DNA of 63,568 nt, the filler included, from Platydemus manokwari (lineage: Eukaryota), in NCBI GenBank assembly GCA_037951405.1. It is 6 parts of 6 records of this genome, joined end to end, with 100 filler letters (N's around TTAATTAATTAA, not from the genome) between each part and the next. Parts side by side here need not be neighbours in the genome. Positions count along the whole stretch, not along the records: positions 23,422 to 32,875 come from JBBMOY011247874.1; positions 32,976 to 43,733 come from JBBMOY011108109.1; 4 more parts are not named here. The stretch is one strand, 5' to 3'. The notes under the pieces are model-generated. The model was not told where the DNA came from and searched no databases. It worked only from the letters and a program-made list of their open reading frames with translations. A program made the translations under genes and the position numbers. Below, piece by piece: positions 26,401 to 40,200 of this stretch. Positions within the stretch are counted from its first letter, which is position 1. Each line of letters begins with the position of its first letter.

Positions 26401-28749
26401 AATATTATTTTTTTCGACACTTTTTATATTTGCCATTTATCCGACATGAAACAGCATCAATTATTCAGACATGAATATTAATCAATAAATTTCAATTAAT
26501 TTGTAATTTTTAAATTAAAAATCAATATACTGATATTGAAAGTACGTGGCATATCACACAACATAAAAACGATATAAGACAAAATTGACAACCGTTGTTA
26601 AAAAAGCCCAATAAGATAAATTGAGTTCAAAAAAAGAGAGTAGAGATAATCAAAATTAACCACGAATATATAGTTCACGAATATTAAAAAACATAAAATA
26701 AAAGAAATTTTAAATTAAAAGCACTTTAAAAGGGATTTAATTATTTGTGAAATTAGTCTAATTTTTAAATCAAATGCAGTCCAAATTTTGGATAAAAACA
26801 CAACGCTAAATTCAAGTATATTATAGAAGAAATAAAAATATTTCTATAACATGCACACGGATTTAATTCTTGTTGATGTAATTATAAAAAGAATTTTTAA
26901 ATTATTGTTGATAAAGTGCATTCAACTTTTTTAATGCTTTGGAACAAAGATATGTGATACAAGATAAATTTATGTTTACTTTGATTAGATATGGATAAAC
27001 TATTGTTTTTCAGTGGATGTACAATGAAATAATTACAAAACGTTAGTTTGAGTGGTAATAATATCTTTATAATCATAATTTTTCATATTATACGATTTGA
27101 TGAATAACAACTGTGATTTATGATAGATTCCTAAACTAAATACTAAATAGAACAAAACTTCTTTAACACTAAATGTTTTGCGAAAGTTTGATATATTTAC
27201 AGTAAAAAAAAGCAAAGAAATTAATTTATAAAGTTGATAAAGTATATGTTTTTACAAAAATATACGTATAATAATAACAAAAAAAATAAATAAATTGATG
27301 AAACGTAAATACAAATAAAACGTTAAAGGTATCAAGAACCAAAAATTATCAGTGGTTGACTAAAAATGGATGCTTTTCAGTTATTCTACGCATTATGAAA
27401 TTTATTAGTAAATTAAATATTTTGTTATAATTATTTAATTTTTTATTTTTTATTCTCTGTAAAAATACGACTTTAAATTTTTACAGTAACTCGTTAATTA
27501 TTAAAACGTTATTTTTAATATCATTGACATAGCTTTTTCTTTAAACATAAATTTGACTTTGGATTGGAAGTTTTATCCGTCCGGAATTTTAACTTCATAC
27601 ACTCCATTTTTTGCTTTAATGACCCTAAATATAAGTTATCTTTCTAATTCTTATTAATTGACTAAGTTTTTTGTAAATTATTTTAAAAAAACAATTATTT
27701 ATAACATGATCAGACTCAGTGAATAATCTAGTTAGATCTCCTCTGCTCTGCTTAGTCTGTCCAAATTATCGAATTTGAAAACGTTGGAGGTTAAAAACTA
27801 TAAACCTCTGGTTCTTTTTTCATAAAATAGACTTAAAAATCATACAGTACTTATTTTAAGTACACCAAATTTTAAGAAGATTTCACAGAATGTTATAAAC
27901 TACTATGTCACACAGAGCTGTTATTTATAATAATTTAAAACTCTGAAATGAATTGAAGATGCATTCTCTTATCATCATTATTATATTGAAATTACTTAGT
28001 TTTGTGCCGAAAATCTGGCTATTGATCAAACATTATAAGATCAGAGATAGTTAAGATTCAATTAACTTTGATTTTACTAATAGTAAAAGATTATTAAGAA
28101 AGAAAATTAATTCTAAATTAATTAATTATATCCTGAAAATTTTTCTTTGAATATTAGGCGGTTTATTTGCACTGATTTACCACACCGATATTTACTTTTG
28201 TTTTTGGCGAAAATCATCTAAGAGTAAAATGATTATTTGACAAAAAAGACGACTGAATGAAGATTTAAGGAATTAGTAAGAAAATAATTTTCAATATGAA
28301 TGTATTTGGCCAAATTATATTTGTTTTTTAACAATTTATACATAGCATATATACGATAATTTGAATACAACATGGTTTTTTGAGGTAATATTGAATAAGT
28401 AAGACCAAATATTAAGTAAAATACATCATCATGTAAATGAAATGAGAGTAAAATTATAATATAATGAAAAAATAGATATTATTGATAGAAATTAATAATA
28501 AACACTGAAATAAAATTAATATAGGTTTTAAGGATTGAACTTAAACATTAATTTAATACTGAAAATAGAAAATTTTCAATTATTAAACGTAATTGCAATA
28601 AATAAACAGTATGTTCATACCATAACAAATTAGAACAATATAATTGATACTGAAGAGATGTGTCTCTGTCAACTAAACAGCAAGAAATTTAAAAGAATCT
28701 ACTAAACAAGTAAGATACATAATTTAATAGTATTGATCCCTGCAAAAAA

Positions 28750-30165
28750 TGTAGTTGTAGGATCGTAGTATGCATTGTTATTACCGTGTGATAGTCACTA
28801 ATCAGTGCTGCAGTGTAATATTGAATACATTTTGAATATTATTATCGTTTTGAATATTGTCACTCCTCCAGCAAAATTTATTTTTGGGAAGAAGATAGAT
28901 CATAATGTCATGTTAATGATATGCTAAACAAAGAAGAAATTAAAAAATTATTGATGATAATTGAAAAAGCAAAACTGTGAAAATAGCACAAGCATATTAA
29001 AGAAAAGTGACGAGGTATGGTTAAAAAACGAATATATTAAAGATCAAGGAAGATATGATAAAACATCCTTTTGGCTAAACCATTGGCCTGGTATTGGTAT
29101 AAGGAGATAAATTCTTGTTTCAAGAACGACATCAACTGGGTTATGTAACCTGGTTTTATGGCTTCCATAATTTTGTTTGCCTTGTCGTTATTAGTTTCTA
29201 AATCTTCTTCACTAACCAGGAAATTCAATGTTCTAGAGCTAAAAGCCCATTTATAGGGATTGATTTTCAAACTTGATAATTTGATCAAAATGGATACTTT
29301 GCCTTATTTCTCATTGTGTTTCCCTTCTGTTCTGCCATGACTAATATATCGTACAGATAAAGAAAAATGTCTTTATAGATTAAACTTTTAGAAATTGCAT
29401 TCATAAGTCTCTGAAACGTGGCTGATTCAATTCATAGTTCAAATGGTAGTCTTTAAAAATATAACAACCCAGGTCTAAGGCTGAATGCCTTTTTAAACTT
29501 AGAATCTTCTCCAAGTTCGGCCTGATAATATACTTGGCTTTAATCTATCCTGCAGAAAACTTTTGCGTCATATACTGAATGTACATATGTCTTCTAGATG
29601 ACATTTATCAGATTCGTTGTTCGTATATATCCTTTAAATTGAAAGGTAAGTTTCTCCTCCTATTGTAGGTCATTGCATGATCGAGAGTAAAAGACCCTTA
29701 CAATTTTATGTTTTTTAGACCTTGAAGAAGAAATAATGTTGAAATTTGTTTTTCTTTTCGATTGCCTCCTTCACAAGTTGCTTTAGGCGAAGTTTATAAC
29801 TTCTATACTTCTCTTTTGATATTTTTCCAGATCTTGACGTTGTGATGCACTTTTTCAAAAATTATTTCTTGATTTCTTTACTTGAAATATTTTTTATACT
29901 GCTATACACTTTGCACAGTTCTTAGAGTTGTCTCTGAACAGGATGTCAAATGCAAATGATAATTCCATTTCATTGAATGCAGTAAATTCCTTCCTTATCT
30001 CGAACAATTTCTTCTTTGGTTGACACATCGAAGAACCACAGCATAAAAATGAATAACAGTTTTTAGCAACGATTGTTTGCCTTTCTTCTCGTTTATCTCT
30101 CGTAGGGCAATTATTTCTGCATGCCTGCTAGCAATAATATAATAACTCCATAGCTCAAATTTATT
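28750..30165 (-). mobile_element. Internally deleted, decayed Ty3/gypsy copy, same family as 59242-62966
   Basis: ORF 29037-29288 fuses the RT connection (IKPGYITQLMSFL) directly to integrase (KQEFISLYQYQANGLAKRM). Gag nucleotides near 29940-30130 align with 62670-62860. Confidence 0.8.
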
Positions 30166-30504
30166 AAAATTTGAAAAAGCATTTTGATTGGAACCATTTG
30201 AATTTCCAATATCATTTAGCTGGATTAATTTTAATGAAGGATTAAAATTTGATAATAATTTTATGAAAGAATGAAATTTAATAATTCATTAATGGTATTT
30301 ATTAAATTAAAAAAATTGAGATCATCCAATGTATTGTTTAATGATAAAGTTTAATTTATTGTGTGTCATCTATAGAACAATATAAATAATTATATATTAT
30401 TAAATAAATAAATTAATTAAATAAATAAAATTTTGTTTTAAAAAAATTTCATGAGCAACGTAAAATAAAATTATATTAAAAGCATATTAAATGACAAATA
30501 ATGA

Positions 30505-31398
30505 TTAACGTGTTGATAAAACAGATACTTGATTTATCACAGTGATTTTTGTGCATGCCAATTTATTTCTCAAAAATCGATTATTCAGTGAAAATATTAA
30601 TCCATTAAAAATGCAATTAAGAAAAGAGATATTCACTATTGATAATGGAATGTAAAAATGTAAATTAAAAGTGCGATACAAAAGAGGGAATGTAATCAAA
30701 ATGTAAATGACATTTGTTTGAAAGGATATGAGTGACAATTTTGTGAACTCTCTGATTCGTGCATCCTCACCAATTAATTTATTCTTGAAGGATTTTAATC
30801 CAAAATTTACAATAATCAATCCGTAAATTAAAACATTGATTGTGATAAAAAATATAAGTGTAGTTTTAAGAAAATATACGAGAACATATTCCGGTGTTAA
30901 ACTTGTGATACAATTTCTCTGAACTATCATCAATATTCGATAGCTTAAATCGATTACAAGATGAAATCCAAATATATAGCCCAATAAAATTTTAAGTATT
31001 AGCTTTGTATTCCACCATCTAGCTAAGGGTTTCAATATAATCAAGAGGCGATCAAATGCCAACAAATCAAAAATCAATAATTCCGAGCAGAAGATTCCAA
31101 ATTTCATCATATTTGATAATTGTAATACAATTAATATGTCAAAGTAGAATACGAAATTCTCCAAACACAAAGTCAAAGCTGTCAAAATATCGGCAAATGT
31201 TAATAATCTCATAATCATAATGAATGTCTGCCTTTTACCAAGTATCTCTTTTGTTTTCTTTTTGTACCAAATCATTAGCAATACGTTCATAGTGAACCCG
31301 ACAATAGACAAAGGAAAATAAATAATGTAATGATACATTTCGACCCGTACTCTTTTGGATGACTGCGTTAAACATATAGATCCGTTTGATTGATTCAT
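30505..31398 (-). CDS. Intronless divergent class-A 7TM receptor, 297 aa, paralog of 3643-4518
   Basis: Shared motifs YH.IIY.PLSI.G, EILGKR.TFI.I..LLT, ELLIF..LA.DRLLIILKP...WWN.K, IVQ..CIT..TP, F.KLSLI...TN.IY, F.NCI.N..I.SLNN.FLR.KL.C. Confidence 0.85.
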   Translation of the reverse strand: MNQSNGSICLTQSSKRVRVEMYHYIIYFPLSIVGFTMNVLLMIWYKKKTKEILGKRQTFIMIMRLLTFADILTALTLCLENFVFYFDILIVLQLSNMMKFGIFCSELLIFDLLAFDRLLIILKPLARWWNTKLILKILLGYIFGFHLVIDLSYRILMIVQRNCITSLTPEYVLVYFLKTTLIFFITINVLIYGLIIVNFGLKSFKNKLIGEDARIREFTKLSLISFQTNVIYILITFPLLYRTFNLHFYIPLSIVNISFLNCIFNGLIFSLNNRFLRNKLACTKITVINQVSVLSTR

Positions 31399-32781
31399 GA
31401 ATATTGAAATGAACGATATTCAAAAGTATTTTGATTGTTATGATAAATAAATAATATGAAGTTACTGTGAATATTATGAGTGGCGTTTTAATATTTATGT
31501 AAAAATGGATAGACTGTATCTAAAACAGTATTTAACAGCCAATCCAATCCAAGTTATTTAAATTAATTTCAGCCTTTGCAATACACTCTTTATATCAATT
31601 GAGAATATTTTTATGTAAAATATTTTGAATCGATTATTCTAAAAATTTTCTTTTTCCTGTGTTAATTTTATTCAAATAAATTGAAGACCACTCATAGACC
31701 CTCATAAAAATTTGATGAGCAATCACTGGTCACTGTTTATGATTATTGAAGACAATCAGATGTAACGTCACTCAAATTATATACACGCTGTTTATTTTAA
31801 TATTGTCATTTTTATTTGTCAAATTGATTTGCTGATATATGAAAAATAGGAAATATTTAATTTCCTTTAGTTTCTTAAGCCATGACAATCGAATAAAGTT
31901 GATTGAAGCAAAGCGAAAATAACATTTACGAAAAATACGGTACTAATGCTTGCCAAACGTTTAAAAAATGTTATTAATCCTTTTCTTATAATGAATTTAT
32001 TTGATAATAATTATAAATTAAATAATGATATTTTTATTAAAAATTATTTGGAAATTATTATTGATTGTGTACATATCACTAGTTAATAATCATCAAAAAT
32101 AAAGACTTTTAAATGAGTTATTTGTTGATAAAGAAATTCCTTTAATTCAATAGGTTTTTCTCAGATAAATCTGATCTAGGAGTCATTACGATTTTATTTA
32201 TTTAACGATAACACTACTAATATTAGACCTACATAAAGTTTAAAGTAATTAGGCAACATTTTGTGGTTTACTATATTCAGAAAAGAAACTTAAACACACG
32301 ACACAAAAGTTAAAAAATACAGATCAAAGAATCATAACTTTCATATACGAATTAAAAACAAGCAACGCAATGTAATTCACACACAGTTAAAGCGTTAAGA
32401 AATATGCACAACAAGTAATCTGACTCGATTAAAAGGCGATATAAGATGAAAAGGTAAATATTGATCAGTTCAATATTAAGTTTTCACTATAGATCAAAAA
32501 TAGCTTCGATTATTTTGAACATCGTAATTTTTTTAATTAAATATAACATTTAAAATGACGTCAAATTGGGGTAGTATTACTTGAAGTATATATAATTTCA
32601 GTATAGTAACTGGAATTAATTCATTTGGAACATTCAATTTTTTTTGCATTGAAGTCACTGTCCACATTTTTCTTAATAAAATGAGCACGAGTAAAACATT
32701 GTGCTATTATCAGGAATTATTTTTCTATCATGTACAGCTTTCGAATAAATAACCATCTGTAAAAATCTAAGATGAGATTAA

Positions 32782-32875
32782 TATTAGGTGTATTAGTGTG
32801 ATTCCGGCTTTTTTTTTAAAAAAACAAAAACATTTTTTAAAATATTTATTTAATGAAATTCAATCAAAATATTTT
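32782..32875 (+). mobile_element. End of a young mariner-like element/MITE, cut by the gap
   Basis: TA|TTAGGTGTATTAGTGTGATTCCGGC...; near-identical to 63494-63568 and to the reverse complement of 53851-53955. Confidence 0.7.
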
Positions 32876-32975
32876 NNNNNNNNNNNNNNNNNNNNNNNNN
32901 NNNNNNNNNNNNNNNNNNNTTAATTAATTAANNNNNNNNNNNNNNNNNNNNNNNNNNNNNNNNNNNNNNNNNNNN
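32876..32975. other. Assembly linker/gap
   Basis: N44-TTAATTAATTAA-N44. Confidence 0.99.
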
Positions 32976-35245
32976 TATGTTATACAATGTTTCAAATTAA
33001 TAGTAAATTGTATCCTAACAACATATAATGTAAAATCTAGGAATAGTTTTGTTAAATAACAAAAAATATGTGACACAGTTGGCAAATGAATCAAAAAGAG
33101 AATACAGTAACGACTACAGAAGAGGTATATGATGATAATGAATTTTATAATATACAGTTAATCTTGAATATTAGGTTTTATGATGGGAATGTCGCTGGAT
33201 TTAGACAATTCCTCGAATTTAGGTAATTATTATTTTTATCCAATGATAGCAACAGAAAGTTTTCACTACTTTCACACTTTAATAAGAATAATATTTACGT
33301 TATAAATAAAATAATATAATAAATAGCAAATAAGAAAAAAGTGATAAAATATTTAAATTCGTTGAAAATAATTTAATTTAAAATTCCAAAGGAAAAAAAA
33401 ATAATTCGATTAAGAAATATTGATCAAAGCAATTATAGAACTATTATCGATATTAAGGCGAACTGTGTTCGAAAATAAATATACTTTGAGATGCAAATCA
33501 TAAATATATGGAAGCGTATGATTAGGAAAACTCACAGCATCGAGAATTTATAAATACTGCTTAGGACAAGAGCATAATTGAAAATACAATAATGCCTAAT
33601 AGTAAGTCGGTAACAGTAATTTATATTCATTTTACTTGAGTTTATAATCTGTAGTCAGACTTCGCTGGTATATTTTTGATAAATACTCAATAAAAGGTTA
33701 ATTTCTTGTTGATGGCTTTTATTATAATAACAGATCGATAAGATGTTGGTATTCAATGAAAACAGAAACTTCAAGTAAAAACATTTATTAAAATTAACAA
33801 AATTGAAGTTCATTAATCATAATTAAATTTGTGCAATGGCTTCATGCATGGAAAGTTTAAAAATCTAAATGAGAAATATATTGTCTGACAGAAATTAAAT
33901 ATGCCAAGTCTAAATATGTGCCATTGAAATACAAAAATATAATGACTGTAAAACATGCCAAAAATGAGAAAACTGCGAATTGGTCACCTCAGTGACTGCT
34001 TTTACAGATTTGAGAAAATGTGCTATATTTATTTTTTATCATGAGATTAAATATATATTTTGAGAAAAAAATAGTTGATATTTTTTATTTTAGTCTTGAT
34101 GAATATTTTTCCTATTTACCATTAAATATATTAAATATTATTTCTACCTAGAATCTACAAAATTATTCTTTTCCAATTATTTCAATATCAATAATAATAA
34201 TTATTGTTATGTCCCTATTACCTTTAGTTTCAACTAATTAAGAATCGAATAAGTAGTGTTCTGACCTGCTTTAATATAGTGTTTAATATATTCCATATTA
34301 CTAATAAATAAAACATTTACAAATAAATGATCCATGACTATTTTTTAATTACAGATAAACATTAAATTAAGAAATTAAAAAAATATAATATATTCCACGC
34401 GATTATCAAATAAATTTCAGATAAGGTAAAATAAACAAACCCAAATAAACATTAAATAGCGAAAATTCAAGATTTATTTCTACGATCAAATCCTTTTAAG
34501 TTTATATATCTTTTTTTTTTAATTCACATTTTATTAAAGTCATTTAATTAACCCTTTCAAATTTTCAGCCATTCAAGAATTATTATTTGCATTCCTAATG
34601 TTTAGGAGACAAACGATACATAAGAGATGGGGATATGAACTTCGAATGAAATTTATGATGATAATAGAGCTGCTATTGTTTGGTGTAAATCTCAATAAAG
34701 TTATGTGTCTTACTCAGGATCCTATTTATAGAGACACAAAAGAGAAAAAATACATTCTAATGATAACACTATGAAATTGTTCTGTGTTTAATTTTAACTA
34801 TATGTTTTATCAACAGCGTTTAACTAAAGGTTTCTATTTTAGAATACAATCCTAATATTTTGTAAAATTTTCAAAAATTTTCTCACTTTTTAATTTGAAG
34901 GAAAAAGTTTATACGCTTTTATCATTTTTTATTGAAGATTGGTGTAATAATATTGACAGTAACTATTTAGGTCTGATATCAAGTTGCTGAGATATTTTCA
35001 ACCCTCAGATAATATTTTAAACTAGATTAAATGATATTATACACCCAATAAACACACGTGTTGTTAATCAATCAGATTCACTCTAATGTTAATCCATATT
35101 TTGAAGCTAAGAATCAATAGGCGCATTAAATATTCGCAAATAACACGAGAGAAATAAGGGAAATCTAGAGTAGATCGATCCACAAACAAATTCAGAGAAT
35201 AGAAAACGAAAATCCATGACATCAAGCAGACACTACCGATGGGTC

Positions 35246-35392
35246 TATAAAAGAGATTAAGTTCCATGGATTCCTGCCAGTCTTTTTTGGTCGGTAACGT
35301 CTGTGGTTAGGTTATGTGTAATTTCAGTAATTAGTGATTTTGATTATTCTTTATTCTATTTTTTGACTTTCGGGCGCTGATTCCATCTTGAA
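35246..35392 (+). repeat. LTR-like promoter cassette, copy B (possible solo LTR)
   Basis: TATAAAAGAG, CTGCCAGTCTTTTTTGGTCGGTAAC and CTTTCGGGCGCTGATTCCATCTTGA, spaced as in 615-757. Confidence 0.55.
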
Positions 35393-35479
35393 TGATTTTC
35401 TTTGTGAATTGCGAAGAGATTTGTTATTGTTATTATTGATACTTTGAGTGTATTATTTTAGTAAATACAGATTTACACA

Positions 35480-36300
35480 TTCAAATTGTTGTTTGATAAC
35501 GCAACAGACACATTAATTGTTTTCAATCCAGTTTCTCCGATGCAAACGCTTTTAACATCATGTCTCGGACCTTCTTAATAATCCTTTTTGTTGTTGGTTT
35601 GAGGAGGCAAATTCTTGATTTATTCTGAAACGTATTGTTAATTCTTTCATTTGTCCACCTCGAAGACTCTATCCGGATCAGTGAGTATTGATTTTATAGC
35701 ACTTATAGATCTAATTATTGATGATAGACTTGGGAATACTAGTCTTATCTCGTCAAATAAGTGGTACTAAGCTTTTTAGTTTGCTAAATCAATTCACCAT
35801 AATCAACAGACGCTTGTTTTTAGTCATAAATTCCCAAAATTAAGCAATATCAACAACAATCTGTTCCAAAGGTCCAAATTCTTCCCTTTGAATCATAACT
35901 TCTTTAGTTCGACTAGGCAACATTAATAATCCGACTTTGCGTCTTGCATTCTTTAGCCCCTTGGTGCTGAGTAAGGCATTCGCCTATCCTTGAGAGTCCA
36001 TTCGCATTTCCATGATAGATCCGTTCCGACATTGAAGTTCGAAATTGAATCCGGAAAAATTAAAAACTATGTTTGAAATTGAGGACTAATTGGTTTGCAA
36101 TTTTCAAGGCCTTGTGATCAATGTGAGTCGCAAATTTCTTTCCCAGTAGATAATTCTTAAAATGGACTCATGGATTGCCAAACGCTCTTTCATCGTGACC
36201 CAATAACCTTTTTCATAATTGTTAAGAGTTCTAGAAGCATAAGCTACGATTCTCTCTTTTCCACCTGACTTAGGACGACGCCAAACAACTGTGGCAAGAA
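35480..36300 (-). mobile_element. Decayed Ty3/gypsy RNase H-integrase fragment
   Basis: 35800-35920 aligns with 60040-60150 (integrase REEFGPLEQIVVD). 36190-36265 aligns with RNase H 60320-60385 (ERIVAYASRTLN). Confidence 0.85.
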
Positions 36301-37242
36301 TACAGTAGTTTCAAAGAAGCTGTTTCAAATGAAGTAATTGAGAAATGATTTTTGGAAACTTTCTCACAAGCTAAAACAGTGTGCGACAACTTTCAGGATT
36401 TTGCAGCATCTTTTTATTGTTAGTAATGTAATGCAGTGGCAGAGTAGCGTCCTTCAAATTTAAAAGATCAATTTCTGTAATGAAGTAAACCATGAGTTAA
36501 AAATCATGTAGGATATAGGAGAATATGTGCTAATTTTTAATTTTAGAATCAAAAGAAAATTCAGCCGAGGAGAAGAATCTTATTTACGTCTTATTTTACG
36601 TATCCTATTTTCTATTTTAAAATTTTAGTCTAGTCAGCCCTGAAATGCGGATCACTTTTGGAATTGGATAGATAAATTTGGATAAAAAAACGGAGAACAC
36701 CTTAGTGCTTGCTATAATTATGTATCGATTTATACTCCGAGTGAATAAGACTACAATTATTTTCCAATTTTATTAAGAGATAAAATTTTTACGTTATGTC
36801 AAAAAATCTTTGAAATCCGTGTAACTACATTCATATACTAAATTTTTCATCCAGATCATTGACATGTGTCCAACGTTTTGTCAAAAGCCCAACACAATGA
36901 CGATAGAATTATTTTCTGAAATTAGAACCTGTCTCCATCGATAAATCCCATTTAAAATAACTAAATAAAATTTTATTTAAAACACATTTTCAAATAAATC
37001 TAAATTTAATAATATTCTTAATTAAAGCACAAAGGTGTACGGGGTAAGAATAAAACTTATTCCATAATTATTTAAATAATATTATCAATAATATCAATCA
37101 ATATTACACATCAAACAGAAAAATCATGACAGAAAATATCTCAATCGATGAAAAATTCGAAAATAAAAATAAATTAGTAGTTGATAAAATTTCGAGGAGA
37201 AAATTGAATGATAGAATATAAATAGCAAAATTATGCTTTATC

Positions 37243-40200
37243 CTATTCATTTTGGAAACTTTCACTCATCCTTCGATCGAATTCTTCTTCGTCTTTAACA
37301 TTTGGATCGGGAGTCAATTCCAAAGTTGATCGTAAAACAATATTTGATTCCTTGATTATTTCTTCTTGAATTTTTTTGCTAATGATTGCATATTTAGCGA
37401 CGGCAGGGAAAAGATAATTGTAAAAAAAGATGTGCAATTGATGAGTCCAAAAGTTGAATTGGCGTTCTTCATTCGATTCTTGGAATTCTACTTCTGGAAA
37501 TTGTGATTTAATGGGACTGAAACTGTCTGGAATGGATTCATCATCTTTTAAAACAACCTCAGGTATGCTCATCTGAAAACGTGTTCAATTCGATCAAGAT
37601 CATTTGATATTTGAACAATGAAATTACTTTCTCCGCATCTAACATCTGCTCAGATGGCTTTTGTATGTTCAAAGATTGAACATCCATTGATTGCTTTCTA
37701 TTTCGATTGTTGGTAGCTTTCGGGCTTTTAGACAATTTGGTCTGTTTTTTCGAGGTAGAATTTTTATCTGGTTCTGTTTTACGATTCTTAGAGTTGCTAC
37801 TGTCTGGGGAAGATGCTTTATTTTTGCCTGGAAATAATTAATTTTTATATAGATAAATAAATAATCAATTTATTGATCGAATATGATTATTCTCAAACAG
37901 TGAAATTATATTTTCGTGATTCTATTAATCAAAGACTATAGTGAGACACAAGGTTGATTCATACGTTGACAAAGATAATAATTGATTATATTACGATTCA
38001 CATTATTTTCATTATTATTGTTGACTTCATTATTTTCATCCCCAAAGAAGAAACTGTATAGACCGACGATAGTTGTTCACAGACTAATGTTAATAAAATC
38101 CTGTGCAAGCATTATTTGATTCTAAATAACTAAAATTTTACTCAAATACTTAAATAAAAAATTCAAAATATAAATAAAGAATTTAATTAAATAATCTATA
38201 TAGATTTTTGAATTACATTCCGCTATTTTAAAATTTTATTTTAGGACTCTATTTTTTAACTTTAGTCAATCTAATATAAAAAAAACCAATTTAAAATCCA
38301 TAAACGACGATTTAATCGATAATGAAGTAAAAAAATAATTCAAGTGCAGAATATTTATGATTTACATTTGAACTAAAAACATGATAAGGAGATGCTTTTC
38401 ATACATTAAATCTGGTATTGTCTATGGTGAGAGCCGCCAGAGTCATTTTTGAAAATTGCATATTTCCCATTTAAAAGAAGCTATAGATTCTACAGTACTG
38501 TCGATTATGTTAAAAAATAAACTTAAAAAATAATTAAAATAATGTAAATAAACATTTTTAGAAAAGTCAAAATAAAATCATTAATATTTTCCTTATATCA
38601 AAATATAAAAAATTAATAGGACCCTTTGTTTAAATAAATCAATTTAATTTAGTGTGTAGGATCAATATAAAAAGAGTCGAGTCGAAGAACAATTTCCAAT
38701 CCTTCCGGTCGGTAAACTTGTCTTTGATTTTATTAATCGCTTAATTGACCTTATTAACTTTACAATCTCTCGTGATTTTATGAGTTTATTTTAATTTGAG
38801 TTTCATGAATGTCTAGTTGGTATTTTATTCAATTAGAATTTATTATCTTCAAATGAGTTATTAATAGTATCAGGGCATATTTCTGACTATTATTTTTTTT
38901 AATATCAATATTCATTCAATTGTGAATTATTTTTCAAATTAAGCGCTCAGGAAATAATCAATAAGTGCCATTTGGATCCTAATTTGTATTTTTGGCTCAA
39001 ACTGTTCAAGATAACTGTAGTCACACATTCTAAATGATAATTTTAAAGAAAATGAAATATGATATATCACAAAGTTTTCAAAACACGCGGTTGCCAGATA
39101 CTGAAATAAACATTCTATCTGTCTGAATTACTTAACTTGCTTGATAATATCTCATGGATGTTATTTTGTGAGAATTATTTAAAGCTTTTAAATTCAATGC
39201 ATATTTTTCAAACAAGCATATGTTCCAAAGCGTTTAGATAGGATTAAGATATGAAACAACATGACGACTATATGTATAACGTAAATATCTCATTTATATA
39301 TTGATGGAAGAAGCTACTGTAGTCATCCTTCAAAATTATAAATAGACACGACCGCTACAATAATTGCCTTTTCAAATCGGTTTATCAGTCGATTTCCACA
39401 ACCCATGAACCAGTGTGTATCTTTTACATATTGCTGTTTTATACCGTAGCATGGTGGCATATAAAATAATGTGTTAAATAGACGGGAATTAACAATTACC
39501 GATATCATTAAACTATTACCTGATTGAGGTTTTCCTTGGTTACGATGGGCGACTTTTTCATCATCTTGTAAGTCGATTTTAATTGAATCTCCTGTTATTG
39601 GACTGGAAATTGTTAGTGTGTGTTCTGTTTCAGAATCATCGATGTTTTCCGATGGAATTGTGAGATTCTTGTCTTCAGGTCTCAAATGAAAATCGATCAC
39701 GTCTTTCGTAACGAAAATTGTTGCGCACACCAACATGGCTTCAAAAAATTCATAAAATGTAATCTAAATAAAATCAATCAAAACGTTTTATATGGATCAC
39801 ATATACGATTTCACTTCATGTTCCAAGCTGACAAATTCGCCATCAGTCACATTTGGATCATCCATGGAAAATATCTTGACAATTTCAGTGGCGGTTAAGT
39901 TGTTATTTATCAAACCCAACTTTTTCATCATCACCAAGAAATCTCTCATTTTCATTGAAGAATAATACGGGAAATTCTAATAAAGAAATTATATTAATAT
40001 TTCTTTTATAATTCTACTAAAAAATTCAAATCAGGAATTGAATTTTAGATCTAATATCAATATTATCTAAAGTAATCGAGTAATGTTCGTTCATACTGCT
40101 AGCACACTATCTATTTATTATTACTTGATCTCAAAATCGAGATAAGTAATATATGTGTTTTTACAAAGTTTTGGTTATTAAATATAACGTATTTGATGGT

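Noticed and set aside
36545-36945. Exon-like segments between the gypsy fragment and the RSPH10B 3' end
   Set aside because: Every splice chain I tried hit stop codons, and I recognised no homology.
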